A DNA stretch of 60,039 bases, filler included, from Hausera hauseri (GCA_046269625.1; 12 parts of 12 records of this genome joined end to end with filler, not necessarily neighbours in it); one strand, 5' to 3'. Positions 28,561 through 42,339 are shown, counted from the first letter of the whole stretch. The notes: generated by a model from the letters alone, not told the origin. Numbers and translations: made by a program.

Positions 28561-28966
28561 ACCTTACAAAAAAATACTAAATTAAAACCTAAAATTAATA
28601 TCATGGAGTCAATCAAATAAAATATAAAAACTACAAATTTAAAAAATTCCCTGTGAAATTTGATCAAAAACAGAATCGCAAATAAAAATTTAAATTTCTG
28701 GCCAAAAAATAAAATCAAAATAAATCACGGATTCATCCAAAACAAATAATCCGCCTACGAAACAAAAAATTAAAAAATAAAAACTGGGAGTGCTGAAGTG
28801 ATCAGCACTTATAACAATTATAAAAAATTTACAATTAAAATCTGTAGATTCAAAGTCATTTGTTTGAATCCACAGTTTTGCCAAGAACATAATATTTCAA
28901 AAAAAGAAAGAAAAAAGCAAGATATCCAAACCATCAGCAGCACTGAAAGAATGCAAAAATGGCCAG

Positions 28967-29710
28967 ATGTTGGAAACCAAAGTAAAACCTGGGGAACCCA
29001 TCTCCACGAAAGCTTCGAAGGCCACACTAATTGACGTCGCCGTTTTTGAAAGGAATATGCGGCTTGCCCCGAACTACCGGATCCCTAAGCGAACCCAACC
29101 AGATTCGACAACGATGCGAGACCCGGACACCATCAAACCCGGTGAGCCAATCACCCACGAGGCCGCCAAGGTACACCAACCAACTCACACCGACGAGGTG
29201 GACAAACTCGACGAGCGTACCGCCTGGACGAGACCAGCCCGGTCCGAAGATCGGAGCCACACAACACGGCGAGCCAATCGTCAGAGAAGCCTCCAAGCTC
29301 CGTGCCGTTCATATTCTGATTATATGACGGTGCGAGAGCTCCTGCAACGAAGCCGATTCGTGCGGCACCTCACTTAATTGTTCGCGAACGATCCGTATTG
29401 CCTCCCTCACGGACATCTCCGAAGATTCTATGCCGACGGAGACAGCCGACGGCTGTTCGACTCCTCCGCCTTTGTACCAGTCTTCATAAGACTGATGGCG
29501 GCGGCAGACCGGATGTTCGAATCACTGGTTCACTCTGAGAGCCAGCTAATTCCGAATCAAAGAATCTCCGAATCACGGCGCGTCATGGCGTATAGCTCCG
29601 GCTCTGACGATCAACCGGTTCCACTTCGTCGACTCATCAGAACGGAACCGTCCTTATGCAGTACGGACGAATCATACGCTTCGATGAACGAGTTTGACAT
29701 GAAACAGAAT
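28967..29710 (+). pseudogene. Unknown ORF upstream of a Ubl-gag element (read across the stop at 29375-29377)
   Basis: ORFs 28967..29377 and 29378..29839 are in one frame; internal repeat VKPGEPIS / IKPGEPIT; similar VKPGEPLP at the end of contig 2 (about 8724-8749). Confidence 0.35.
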
Positions 29711-29913
29711 AAATATTCTGAATTTTATTTATTCTTTATTTTGTTTGTTTTACATTATATGTTTTTGTTCAATAACTTTTTGAAAAACAAACTCATTAAA
29801 ATGGTGGTAGGGTTACCGCATTCACGCCCTATAATATAAACGCAGCCGCTAAAATAAATCCGGCTAAAACACTTCACACAGCCATTGATAGCAGTCAGGC
29901 AACAAGCGAAAAT

Positions 29914-30334
29914 TTGCTACTTAACAATTCATCCAATCGTCAGTCGATTAACATAGACAACAAAATTTACCATTGTGAAACAACATCGACCGATTTTACG
30001 CCAAACGAAGTACAACTTATTGTGCAAAACTGGCGTCAGACGAAAGCTTATCGCTTCCCATTGACCGAAACTATGTCAGGAATGCTGGGCGTTTTACACC
30101 AACAGTATCCCGAGCATACATTTTTCTATAATGGAAAATTATTAGGCAAGAATAATTGCGCAATCACTACAATTTTGGTAGACAATACCACCATACTGGC
30201 GACTTCAAAACTAAAAGGAGGCGTTGACGACCACACGCCTGACAAAAAAGCAGAAACTGCTTCAGCAACACAGGCCAAACCTCCCAAATTAGCATATCCC
30301 ACCTTCTTCATAGGTTCGGACGGAACGCCATTGA
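29914..30334 (+). CDS. Ubiquitin-like leader + start of Gypsy gag, truncated by contig end
   Basis: FFYNGKLL..ILVDNTTILATSKLKGG, then linker and PKLAYPTFFIGSDGTPL resembling the Gag N-terminal (L)PxFW/F motif. Confidence 0.6.
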
Positions 30335-30434
30335 NNNNNNNNNNNNNNNNNNNNNNNNNNNNNNNNNNNNNNNNNNNNTTAATTAATTAANNNNNNNNNN
30401 NNNNNNNNNNNNNNNNNNNNNNNNNNNNNNNNNN

Positions 30435-33400
30435 AGCACATGAGTTATCAAAGCCAATCGAAAAGAAAAGTAGTGCTGCAATGTATAAAGACAGAACGTA
30501 TGATATTTTAGATGATTTTTTGAGATGAATCGCTGAACTGACCCTTAATGAAAGAAACCGAACAGCAGACGTTCTAAGAAATATGAATGTCGACGTTGAT
30601 CGAATTTTAGACAATATAATGTCGATACAGGTTAAAATTTACCTCAGTACCAAGGAATTTTGATGAGTTAAACGAAAAGGAGCCAGTAGCGGAACCAGTT
30701 CAGGCTAAACGTATTACTGAATCGGTGATCATAGAAGCTCGAACCGAAGCAAATAATAGACTTTTACTTGGTGAAGCGCTTTCCAAAGCAGACGAATATA
30801 TATTAGAATTCTTTCCGGTACATTTGCAAGTTGCAGTATGTACCCGAGCCAAAAGAAACTCTGACATGAAAAAAATCAATATGCCTAAGCAAGAAAACCC
30901 TATTGTAGGTTATAAAATACCAAAGAAAAAACAAGAAGAAACTCATAAGTCAACTATCACAAATTGAGATATTGAATACGAACACATATATCGAAAACCA
31001 GAAGTAATGGATGATACTGTTGCATCTACGTCTAAGCAATCAGCACTATGTCTAGCAAGTCTGGAGGTTCAGATTATCGAAAGAGATAATGTCTTCGAAG
31101 TTGCGGATAAAGATTTAGCGAAAAATCTCCAGACAAGAATAAAAGAACAGATACAAAGAGATTTGAAGAAAATAAATGAAGGAAAAATACCCCGTGAAAT
31201 AAAAATATCAAAATTGATAAATACCTATACTGAAAAAGATTGTTTGAATAAATTAAATGAGGTGGATAAGGACAAGCTGATTAAGGAAATCTGTGGAATC
31301 GGAAAAAAAGAACTGGTTACCTCGCAGAAGGAACCAAGATATCTAATGGACAAAGAAAGACAGAAAAAGATAAACAAATAAATTGACAATATCATCGAGA
31401 AAGTCATTGGTCCCAAATTCGAACCGTATCCAATTTTAGTTAATAGCGATAGTAGTAGAAGAGAAACCCCTTCTGGAATAGATGAAACAAAATTAATTAA
31501 AGAAAGTGAAGAAGTTAATATTAAAAAGTTTATTGAAGAAGGTCAAAATTTGCTCACTGCTGATAGCAATGCAACTGCCAAAAATGAATACCTAGACAGA
31601 TTATTTCTTTTACAGTTAAAAGCAAAAGGAATGAAACCAGAATATATAAAACATTTAAAGGAAATTCGAACTGACATGGAATTATGGTTAAATCAGACAT
31701 ACGAATTCCACGCAAAAATTGAATTAAAAAAAATTATTGATATCTTAGATCAGAACTTAAGTGATAAAGACAAATCATTCCGGACTGAATACAAGAGAAT
31801 TATGGAAATCGTAATAAACCCACCAATTACTTTAGAAAAGAAGGAAGCCATTAATAAAATAAGAATTAAAATAAATCAATTGATGGTTACTTATTTGTTC
31901 ACAATATTAGAATCAAAGTCATCATGTAAAAGATTACAAGGATATTCAGTTGTGAATCAATCACCACAAGTAAAAACAATAATTGGCATTCTCATCCATG
32001 ATCTACAAGCCTTAGGTATCAAAAGTACCGAAGAAAACAAAAAGAAATTAACGGAAATTCTTAAGGAAATAAATGAGTTGCACCAGTGCCTATCTGACAG
32101 CATAGATCTTGATGAAGATCCAAACGAGTTGATAGAAAACTAATCTCAATTTCAAAGAAATACATAAATGAAGATGATTGCCCTCCTATGACACCTCCAA
32201 TGACTATTGAAGAATTAATCAAATGACTAACCATTATAGATGAGTTCTAAAACGAGTGATCGGAATTAAGTTATCACCTGAACTCCAAAAGTTTGTAGAA
32301 AAGAAAAGAAAAGAAGAAGACTCTCCAGAACCCGGGTTAATTATTGATGAAGACCTACCAGTGCCTCCACCATTTATCGACAGAGAAATAGATCTTAGAG
32401 AACGGTTGAAAAAATTGAAAAGACCGAAAACAAAACATCGAGACCTTGTCAAAAGCGGTAAAGTTGAAACTGCAGACGAAACAATACCATTAGTCATTAG
32501 AAAACCGACTATAAGGAGATTACGGCTATACAGATCATGAGAGATCAAGACAAGAAAAGAGACCACTAGAACACCCATTGAAGTGGTACAAGGTAACATT
32601 AAAAGTACAATGGATTTTGAAGTATAAGACAGTTTTGGAGACGATGAAAATCTTTCTGATTGTTATGAATCTGATTTAGATCATATAAATCTTGACGAAT
32701 TTAAAGACGAAATTAATGTTATAAAAGAAAAACCAACTCTGTTTAAAAGAATAAAGGCTTTGCAGGAATTTCAGGAAACACTAGATGATTTGTTAGTGTC
32801 TTACATTAATAGATAAAATAATATTCCAGAGATTAAAGATGCAGTAGAAGAATTGTCAAAAATGGCTGCCGATAAATGGAGATACAACGGAACCCCTCGA
32901 ACTCTACTGAAATTGCTAGGAAAATATTATTTAAGTGAAGATAGATTCTTAAATCAGAAGATAATAATTCGACCATGGTTAATCACGAACCTTTTACTAA
33001 CCTGAAAATAAATCTAGATAGTCGAGTAGCAGATCTCGAACAAACAATTAAGCCTCAAACTACGAAACCAATGAAGCATCTCAGGATTACATATTACGAT
33101 CGAATCCTAGATCCTGCCGAATTACTAATAAATGTTGGAATGATACCAGGAATAATACATTTTGTCTCAATGGAATCGACAAACGAACTAACCCAAGAAG
33201 AGGCCAAACAAAGAATAATAAATGGAGAAACCATATCCGAGGGGAAACTATTATGGGAATCAGATATAAACGAGAATACTTACATCTTCGAGATTCGTTA
33301 ACCGAAAATTTGGACCAGCCGAACATCGATACCGATGACCAAGAAGTCGTGCAACCAATAGTAAAAAAAACTACTCGATCTAAATAGACGCAGTAAGCAC

Positions 33401-33955
33401 AACAAGATCATAACAATTGCAAAGAACTTTGCTACCCAAATAATGGATTACGAAATCTCAAAACTTTATAAGGAATACAAAGAAGTTAAGAAATTAGCAA
33501 GAGACCTATATTACATCGATATAGACAAAGATCCAATAATTAGTCGTTCTCCAAAATGGAAGAAACGTGTTAAGGAACAATTAAAATTTATGAAGAAACT
33601 TAAGAAAAACTCACAATGGAAAAATTTTACAATCGACGATATTACACAGCTCGTCTTAGAAAAACCTTGTACAAATTTTGATGTGATACTTTTACTGATC
33701 TCCGAAACACCGAGTGAGATTGACTTAAAAGCTACAACTGGAAAGATAATCCAAGTTGGTAAATCGATTATTCCCCATCAGTGTAAATGGAAAGAATTAT
33801 TTTCACGAAATGAAGACGAATATCAATCAGAAGAAGAATCAACTAATCTAGAGAAAGCCATCATTCAAATTATGCAGAATGTTCCCCAAGAAGAAATTGT
33901 ACCCATAGTCATGGAGAAAATGACAAAACAAATTCAGGAGGAAATGCAGAGATAA
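30435..33955 (+). pseudogene. Large degenerate charged accessory ORF of a retroelement, with internal ubiquitin-like domain (about 32975-33180)
   Basis: Chain of co-oriented K/E-rich ORFs; SRVADLEQTI..HLRITYYDRILDPAELLINVGMIPG; homologous to 50760-51491. Confidence 0.6.
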
Positions 33956-33984
33956 CGGAACAAAATCTAACGGATTTTTCATAC

Positions 33985-35566
33985 AGATTCTTTTATTTAT
34001 ACTGATCTTATTCTTAACTTTCAAGAAGACCGGAAGCATATGATTGTGATAAAATTTATGAAGGCAGCTATTACTCCTTAATGGACTTTCAATCCAGCCC
34101 GGATGCACTTCGGAGGAAATTAGAAACTACGACGCAAAATCTATATATTTACTATGATAAAACCACACTATTTGAAAGGATTAGAATGCTCACTACGAGT
34201 ATCCCGTACTATTAGTCATTGCGGTCATCTACATCATGATTCCATTATTCAGCCAACTACAATGCCGAAGTATGCCCAAATCAATCTTACATACTGCCGA
34301 GACGCAAGTGAGACTCAACAACTGAAATACAGAGACATTTTGTTTTTAGCAATAAATGGACAAATAACAACAAGAAAAATGAATCGCCGGATACAAAGAT
34401 AAAAAAAGAAACTGCAAAGGAGGAAATTTTGACACCGGTAAAGGAATCGTTTCCAGCTTGGTTGTACATGACCAATACGAAGTTGAAATCAAAGAAAACA
34501 CTTTCATTTTTGAAACAAGCACGAACACAATAATGGATGCACCTTTTTGCAAATTAGAAATTTGACATTGTCACACAGTCATCTATGATAGTATAGGTAG
34601 CACCAAAAAGTTATGATTGTTCATTGGTACAGATTCAAAAAGGCGAATTCAATGTAACGACAGGAAAACGTTATGTCCGACATTATGAAACAAATTTTGA
34701 AAATGCAAACGCCCAAGCAATTCCTAAGGTGAGACCTCCTAAAATTATAATATCAAAGGATATCAACGGAGGCGTCAAATTCATACAAGACGTGACTATT
34801 AAATGTGGTCAGCAAGTGTTCAGCACAAATTATGAAAATTATTTTATATCGAGAAGAGATCGTACAGGCAGATAATTCGCCAGTCAATAAGGCCCAATTA
34901 GTTAACATTGCTGATTATATCTCAAATAGAGACGATTTCTTATTTTATCTCACCCACAAAACGATAGAAGTGTATATCAAAACAATACAAAATTTTTGTA
35001 AGGTAAATTTTGCGACATTAAGGAATCGATTGGCTATTTATGCTTCAAACCCGGAAATGATAACGGTAACATTACCATTTGGTGAAGGAATACAGGGCAG
35101 TCCTAGGAGAAGTGTTATTTACTTACAAATGTAAGAGATTGGAGTTACCCTTTAGTCACTGACACTCCATGCTATTCAGAAATACCGGTTAAGTATAAAG
35201 ATGAAATTCGGTATGTTCAGCCAATAACTAGTGTTATTGGCACCACATACAATACCAACATAAATCCAAAACTGTACGGCATTAAACAAACCATTTATCA
35301 AATAGGATAATCAAGTCTTATGGATTAGATTACCTGATCGAGACAGAGTAAAGGAAAGACCCCAGAAATTAACAACGACTAACCTCAGACATGCCATCGA
35401 AACGAATATGTTCACTGATGTATCAAAGTCAGCGTTGTATAGTAAGAAAGAAATTGACTCATTTGTAAAATTTCTGCATAACCAAGACAATGAGAACAGG
35501 TGATAAATAGGGGAATGCATAGAGTAATTGATGATTCTACTGAAGAAGGGAAATGGGATCGATTAT
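33985..35566 (+). pseudogene. Envelope glycoprotein relic, class III (herpes gB / chuvirus G-like)
   Basis: Hydrophobic signal ILLFILILFL, then AYDC..YSL.D, CSLRVSRTISHCG, CRD, CGQQVFSTNY, FCKVNF..RNRLAI..NPE..GEG..VIY, CYSEIPVKY..YVQPITSVI. The Cys spacing is recalled from chuvirus-G-like env genes of invertebrate retroelements. Confidence 0.7.
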
Positions 35567-36754
35567 NNNNNNNNNNNNNNNNNNNNNNNNNNNNNNNNNN
35601 NNNNNNNNNNTTAATTAATTAANNNNNNNNNNNNNNNNNNNNNNNNNNNNNNNNNNNNNNNNNNNNCTCGACTTATCTTCAACATGAAATATAGTTATAA
35701 CAATTTGGTCAAAATGAAAATCGAATCGCGACATTTGAATAGCCGTGGTGGGGTTCCGTGAGCAGGGCCTGGACTCCGAGTTTTGTGATTTCGTGTATTA
35801 AACAGATGATACAAAATTACAAGGGTAGGTGGTTGGTGCACTGGGAAGTAAAGGATGGAATTTCCGTGCACCAACGAAATGTGGTTAATTATTTTGTCGT
35901 TTATATCGAGGATAAATTTTACCCAGTTTAGATACTGGATAGACAAAGACCGGCAGAAGTAAAAACCCACAGTCTCCATCTAAATTTTGTTTAGAAACAC
36001 CTTTAGAAGACTTAATATTTGATAATTCATTAGAAATTTCAGTCATTAAACCTGATTAAATATAATTACTTTCTAGAAAATTTGTAAGAAAAATTCAATA
36101 TAAACATAGAGTCAAAATTTTCAGCCTTTACTACGAAGAGATTGGACGTAAATGTTGGAATATTCATCAACAAAATCAGAAATTTCAGAAAAAAATGCGT
36201 AACTGAACTGTATCTTGATTTATATATGTCACAAGCTCTGAATATATCATCCAGGAGACAAAAACTGGGATCTTTGGTTCTCTTACAGAAACCGTCAAAA
36301 TCAAGTATTTTCTAAGGTGTTATTATCGGACCATTGTTTACTAAAAGAAGATACAGCGCAGTTGACTGTGAATGAATATCTTTATTTAACACAAACCAAT
36401 CTTGTTTAAGGGGTTTTACACCCATGAGAAAAAGATGGTAAACATTAAATTTGTGTTCACACAAATGGTGAAAAATGTACCGAATTTTAAAAATCTACCG
36501 TAACACTTCGCCAATTTGAATAATGTTATGTTGATCAATTATTTTTGATTCATCAAGCCATTGCCGCTTTGAGGCGGAAAACCGGGGCCTGCTTATGTGC
36601 CTGACGTGTTTGCGGCGGAAGCCCGGCCGAGCCCAACCGAATGGGCCAAAAGGCGACGGTCGACGCGGACACCACATCACCTCCCTCCGTGGCAAAGTTG
36701 AAACTATGAAGAATAAAAAATAGAGAGTAAACCGCAAAACGAAAAGTGGCTGTG

Positions 36755-38017
36755 TTAGTTGAGCTTAGTGTGAATAAGACGTTGTATACATTGGATTGAT
36801 TTTTCCCTACAATACTTGCTGAATGTGATTGTGCGTGTTGTGTGTTTGTGCGATGTGTTTGTTTGCAGAGATTGAGGTTGAAAAAAATTGTTAGATTTTG
36901 GTGTAGGTGTTGTGTCGTGAGAAGATGAATCGGAATAAAGAAAAGAAGAAAACGAAGAAGGAAGAGTGATTATTGGAGAAGGATGGTTAAAGGCATTGAA
37001 AAGAGTGTTAGAAGACGAAGGAGCTATGAAAGGTGTAGAGGCGGATAAAGGAAGAGAGGAAAAAGTTGGAGTAGAGATTGGAGTTGTGTTCAGTGAAAGA
37101 ATGGAAGAGGAATATGATACAGAGGTAGTGGTAGAGATAGTAAGAGTTGTAGGAATAGAAGTAGAAAGTGTAGGAAATGATGGAGGAGGACTAGGCGCAG
37201 AAGAGGAAGGTGGAAATGGTGTAGCAATAGATGTAGTGATAGCAGGGAGTGGAGGAGTAAGAAAAGAGGTTGACGTGTCGGTTGGTAAGGTGTTGTCAAC
37301 AAAGAAAGTGGGCTTTAAGTTGGTAATGTGTACTGTGAAGTCTTTGCCATCTTTAGAAATAATGGCGTTGTGCCAGTGTAGCTGCCCCAGGTACCGTGGC
37401 TGGAAACCGCAAGGAGCTTGATTCTTCAGCCATACGAATTTAGCCGTATACAAATCTTCGGGTAAGTACATTTTGTCTTTGTGAAGTATCCTGCAGAACG
37501 AATCTTTGCCGACTTCGACGAAGTGGTTTTGCGCCGCCCGTATCGTCTCATCCGTGGGAGTGTCGTCCAGGGCGGTTAATTCGAATAATGATCGGACAGA
37601 AGCTTCGAATAAGGCTTCAGGAGGTGAGAATCCTGTAGAAGTGGACGGAGTGAACCGCCAGCCGAGCAGAACAAACGGAAGAAGATTCGTCCAGCTAGTG
37701 TTGGACTCTGCAAGAATTCTTAGTGACGTTTCCAATGTTCGGTGGAAACGTTTTAGAAGGCCATTCGATTGGGGGTGATAAGGCGTAGTATGTATATGAT
37801 GGATCCCCAATCGGTTAACAAGAAATTTGAACAGGTTGGATTCGAACTGTGGACCCTGATCCGTGATGATGAAGCGAGGTGATGCAAACCTGCTAATCCA
37901 TGTGCGAATGAAAACGTCACGGATGGCTTCTGACCATCGCGAGGAACGGTCCATCATAGTGAGGATGAATTGATGACCGTTGTATGGAGGAAGAGGGCCA
38001 ACGATGTCGATATGCAC
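36755..38017 (-). pseudogene. Gypsy integrase core with long Pro/Ser/Thr-rich C-terminal extension
   Basis: rve motifs followed by about 150 aa of low-complexity P/S/T; third catalytic Glu appears replaced (LLKRFHR). Confidence 0.88.
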
Positions 38018-40978
38018 GCACTCGAAACGCGATGTTTAAGGAAAGTGGAATAGTGGTGGCTTTAAATGCTTAGCTGTTTTGTATTTTTGGCAAGCCACAC
38101 AACCCTTAACCCATGCCTGCACATCAGAACGCATTGACGGCCATATTACTTGTCGATTGAGTAGACGAAAGGTGGCTTTAGCACCAGGATGGAGTAGTGA
38201 ATGCACGCTGTGAAATGCTTGCCTTTGCAACGATGGTGCTAGAATTATTACGGAATGGCCTGGTTTGGAGGTGTCTAAAGCCACGCCGTCAACAATTGTG
38301 CAAAACTTAAAAGACTTAAGCATGCCTTGAGGTGGCTGGTTCTGTTGAAGTTGGTCTTGCGTAAAGATCGGTGAAAAGTTAATCGAACTTACCGACCTAG
38401 ATAAAAAATAAGCAACCAAATTGTTAACCCCGTTAATATGTTTAGTATCGAAGTTAAATGTCGATAAGTATGATATTTGTCGTTCTTGGCGTGTGGAAGG
38501 GTGTTTCATAGCCACGATGTTAAGTAAAGGTTTGTGATCAGTTCGTAGAGTGAAATGACGAGCGACGAGTAGGTGTGAGAAATGCTTTAAGGCGAGAACG
38601 ATGGCTAACAATGCTTGGTCAAACGTGGAATATCTGGTTTCAGGTTCTGTCGGCTTGCGAAAGAAAAATTCCAATGGCTGATTTTCTCCCTTGTAGATCT
38701 GGTGGAGTACAGCGGCTACACAGTGGTTGACGCGTCTGTAGTAAGGATGAGTTCTGCATCAGGCTTGGGAAAAGCTAGAATATCGACGGTTTTGATGCCT
38801 TCGCGTAGCTTATCGAATTTGTCAACCAGTTCAGATGTCCACTGGATTGGCTGATGTTCTTTGCCGCCGCTTAGGTGTGCGAATGGTGCTGTCAATTCGG
38901 AGCAATATGGTACATATTTATGTACAAAGTGTAGTGTGCCAAGGAAGCTGCGCATTTCGGTAGTTGTACATGGCAACTGGATGTTTTTAAGAGCTTCGAC
39001 TCGGTCTGATTGGGGAGAATGACCTTCTGGTGTGATAACGTGGCCTAAAAAGTTAATGCGCTTTTTGAAAAAGTGACATTTGTCAAAATTGACTTGGAGA
39101 TTATGGTGGTTAAGACGTTGGAATATTGCGCGAGAATGTTAGTGGTGTTGTATGGCCGAAGATGAAATGACTAGAATATCATCGATATAAGGGTGTGCAA
39201 ACGGGAAATCTGCAAGAATTGAATCAATGTGGCGCTGAAAAGTTTGTGCGGCATTTCGCAAACCGAATGGTATAAAGAGGTATTCATAAAGACCAAAAGT
39301 AGTTACAGCAGTTTTTTTTATATCTTCGGGTGCTACCGGTACTTGATGGTATGCTTTAGCTAAATCAATGGTTGAATAGATGGTGGTTGAATTAAGACGA
39401 TGCAGGATATCCTTGGTGAGTGGTAAAGGGTACGCGTCCATGACATTCAAGTTGTTCAGCTGTCGGTAGTCACCGCATAATCTAAAGGTACCGTCCTTTT
39501 TTGTACGACGTGTAACGGTGATGACCACGGAGATTTGGAACGGCGTACTATGCCGGAACGTTCTAGCTCAAGAAATTCGGCTTCTACGGCCTGCCTACGA
39601 CTAGGTGACAGAGGCCGTACCTTTTGGCGTATCGGACGTTGGTGCTGTGTTACTATGTGGTGTAAAGTGCTGTTTGCTGTAGTAAACGTACGATCCTTTT
39701 TAATTTCGCGTGGACATGATGTGTTGAAGAATTGCTGTAAAGTTGTAGGTAACTGTGAGAGATTTGGTGAAAGTGGTGAAACAGCTTGAGTAGTAGCGAA
39801 TGCAATTTGCGAGTTGTTTGGTGATGTGCAGTCAAGTGGTATTTGGTGTAAAGTGGTTGAATATAAAATGGTGTTGGATGAAATATTTTTGTCGAATGAG
39901 TTAACGTCGGACGTAGTACCACAATTATTGACATCGAACCTCGATCGTATATCAATATTATTTAAAAATTTACGAATGGAATTATTGTTATAAAAAATCA
40001 AGTTATTCATTGACTTTTTAAAGATTGACTTTCGCATTCCGGTCGACTACGCGGTAGTCAAAATGCTATTTACATGTCCAGCAATATCGCCAGTGGTGCC
40101 GTTCCTCAAACATCGTTGACTTCAGTCAACCAGTAAATTATAGTGTGAGAGAAAGTCTGACTATAGAATTGCCGTCTGGACGTTAGCAACTGTGAACGTC
40201 TAGTGGAATAGTGAAGGAAAGTTTGGTAAAGTGAAAGACAATTTAGTTATGCCAGAAATGTGCAGCGGTTGGCCTGAAGCAGTGTCTAAGGGCTTAAGTT
40301 TCAATGGAGAATTTTGTACAGGAAAGGTTTGCGGTAATAGAGAAATCGCTGCACCTGTATCGATGAGGAAGTCAACAGATTGTGTTGTAGGAGCAGTGAT
40401 TGCAGCCTTTAGAGTAAAGACAGCAAAAGACGTGTCGGCGTTCAGACAGTGAAGTAGTGCCTTTGCCAGTGTTCGCGGTGACTTCTGGCGGCGAACTTAG
40501 TTTTTTTGGAAAGGTGAACTAGGACGACTATTAGAAGGAAAGGCAGTACGTCGGTCGTTCATATTGGATTTGAAAGTGCAGCCTGGAATACATTTACGAG
40601 CTTGGCTTTGAACCTTGAATGGTAAATGCAAACAACGGTGTCCGAGGAAAAATTCTTGTTATAAAATTTGCACACTAGGTAGCACTTCTAAGCAATAGCC
40701 TTAAATCTGCTGTAGTAGTAGCAGATCGACGAACGCGCAGGCGATGGTGAGCGGTTTCTAGACACAGAACGGGCGCGATCAGTGGCCAAACCCCCTCGGC
40801 GGGACAGAGACAATTCGTTTAATTTATTATTGATATTGTTGATTGTTGCATATAGTGCAATGTTTTCAGCACGTAGCTGATTAAGTTGTTGTTCTATAAA
40901 TATGTTATCGTTAACGGCAACTGCTGCTGAAACACCTGGCGGAGAATTTTGGTTTAGGACATCGTGTATCCTATCGGC

Positions 40979-41785
40979 TTATTCGACTAATTTCTCAAGC
41001 GGTGTGGAGTCCCCAACCACGGTAAGTAAGACCCGGATTTGGATAGGTAGTACATTGAGGAAATAGTGGCGCAGTAGTTCTGGGTTGTGCTCCTTGGTGA
41101 CGCCGAGAGCATGTAGATGCGCTAAGGATGTACGAAAGAATTCTGACGACCGTTGGGTTCCTATCACGTTGTCATGGAATAAACGATGTATAATCGTGTC
41201 CATGGAAGGTTTTGTGATATTTAGGACTGCGTTAGAAAGTTGGAAATATGGGTCTGGAAGTTGAAAGATTTCGATGATGTTGTGAATGCGGGTCTTGATG
41301 TTATTAGGCAGTAGGAAAAGAAGATTATGTGCTATAGTTAAAGAGTCAGTGATGATATTTGCTTGTAGCCAAAGCAGATGGAATTGCAACCAAGTTTTGC
41401 TAGAGCCTTGGTTGTCAATGAAAAACTCGGTGCAGTTAGGGAAAGGAGCGGAATAGATAATGGATGGGAGGTTGCTAGCAGGGTTAGGAGTTGGTTTTTG
41501 GAGCAATATAACAGGTATCGGTTTCGTGGTGGTTTTATCCGTCTTGCCAATGGTTGGCGAAGAGTTCATGCCACCACGGATACGGATATGTATGTGGAGG
41601 CAAATGTGGTTTGATAAAAATGGTAGGGTTCCGGTGAGATGTATGATAGCGCCGTTATGGGTGAAATAAAAATCGGAAGAATTGAGTAAAAAAGAAATGG
41701 AGGTATGAAGGATTGGAATGTGTGGATGTGATGTACTGAGGGTGTAAATATGTGTATTGTTGAAAAAAAGAAAATAGAAGGGTAA
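40979..41785 (-). pseudogene. Gypsy gag with in-frame Ubl-like leader (41570-41785)
   Basis: Frame is open upstream of MNSSP: PFYFLFFNNTHIYTL..DFYFTHNGAIIHLTGTLPFLSNHICLHIHIRIRGG-M. Confidence 0.7.
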
Positions 41786-42339
41786 AAAGTGGTGCGCCTA
41801 GGGGCGTGGTGTTGGGCCGACGCGAAAGGCGCCGTCCGACCGACCGGCGCAGGGTTGACGGTCGGGACTTCAGCCCGGCGGGGAGGACACCAAAATGCAG
41901 GGTGGCTGAAAAATCGTATTGACATGCGATCAAGTGGGTTAGATGCAGAAAAAAATTTTCTATCGACTTCAATTAAAATTGTCTACTTACACCTTAAAAT
42001 AAAATTCGATTTTCAGTGCTTAAAATATTCGAAACGCAATATCTCAACCCCCAGAGGTCGTATTGAGCTGCGATCAAGTTTGTCGGAATCAGGAAAATGT
42101 TCTCTATCAAATAAAATCAAAATTATCGATTTTCAATTTTTTCGAAAAAACTCGATTTTCGAATATTTTTTCATTTTGTCATGTACCCCTAGTCAATAGC
42201 TATTATTTAAACCCAAATCTACCAAAAATGTTGTTTACATGCAGAGATATTCATGATTGTATGTAATAACGTAAAAAATACAATAAACTTTTATTTATAT
42301 GACATATACAAATAAATCAAAAATATGTAAAAAGTGAAT

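Larger units (their letters stand above)
36500..41900 (-). mobile_element. Ty3/Gypsy LTR retrotransposon, near full length, degenerate; same family as 21233-25757
   Basis: gag 40979..41569; FLIDTGA near 40355; [39 protein letters not shown]; TDAS; TDHKPL; HIDIVGPL, TDQG, YHPQSNG; PPT GGAGGGAGGTGA at 36677-36688 then TGTGG. Confidence 0.96.

Noticed and set aside
36966-37421. Glu/Gly/Val-rich plus-strand ORF
   Set aside because: Antisense shadow of the P/S/T integrase tail.
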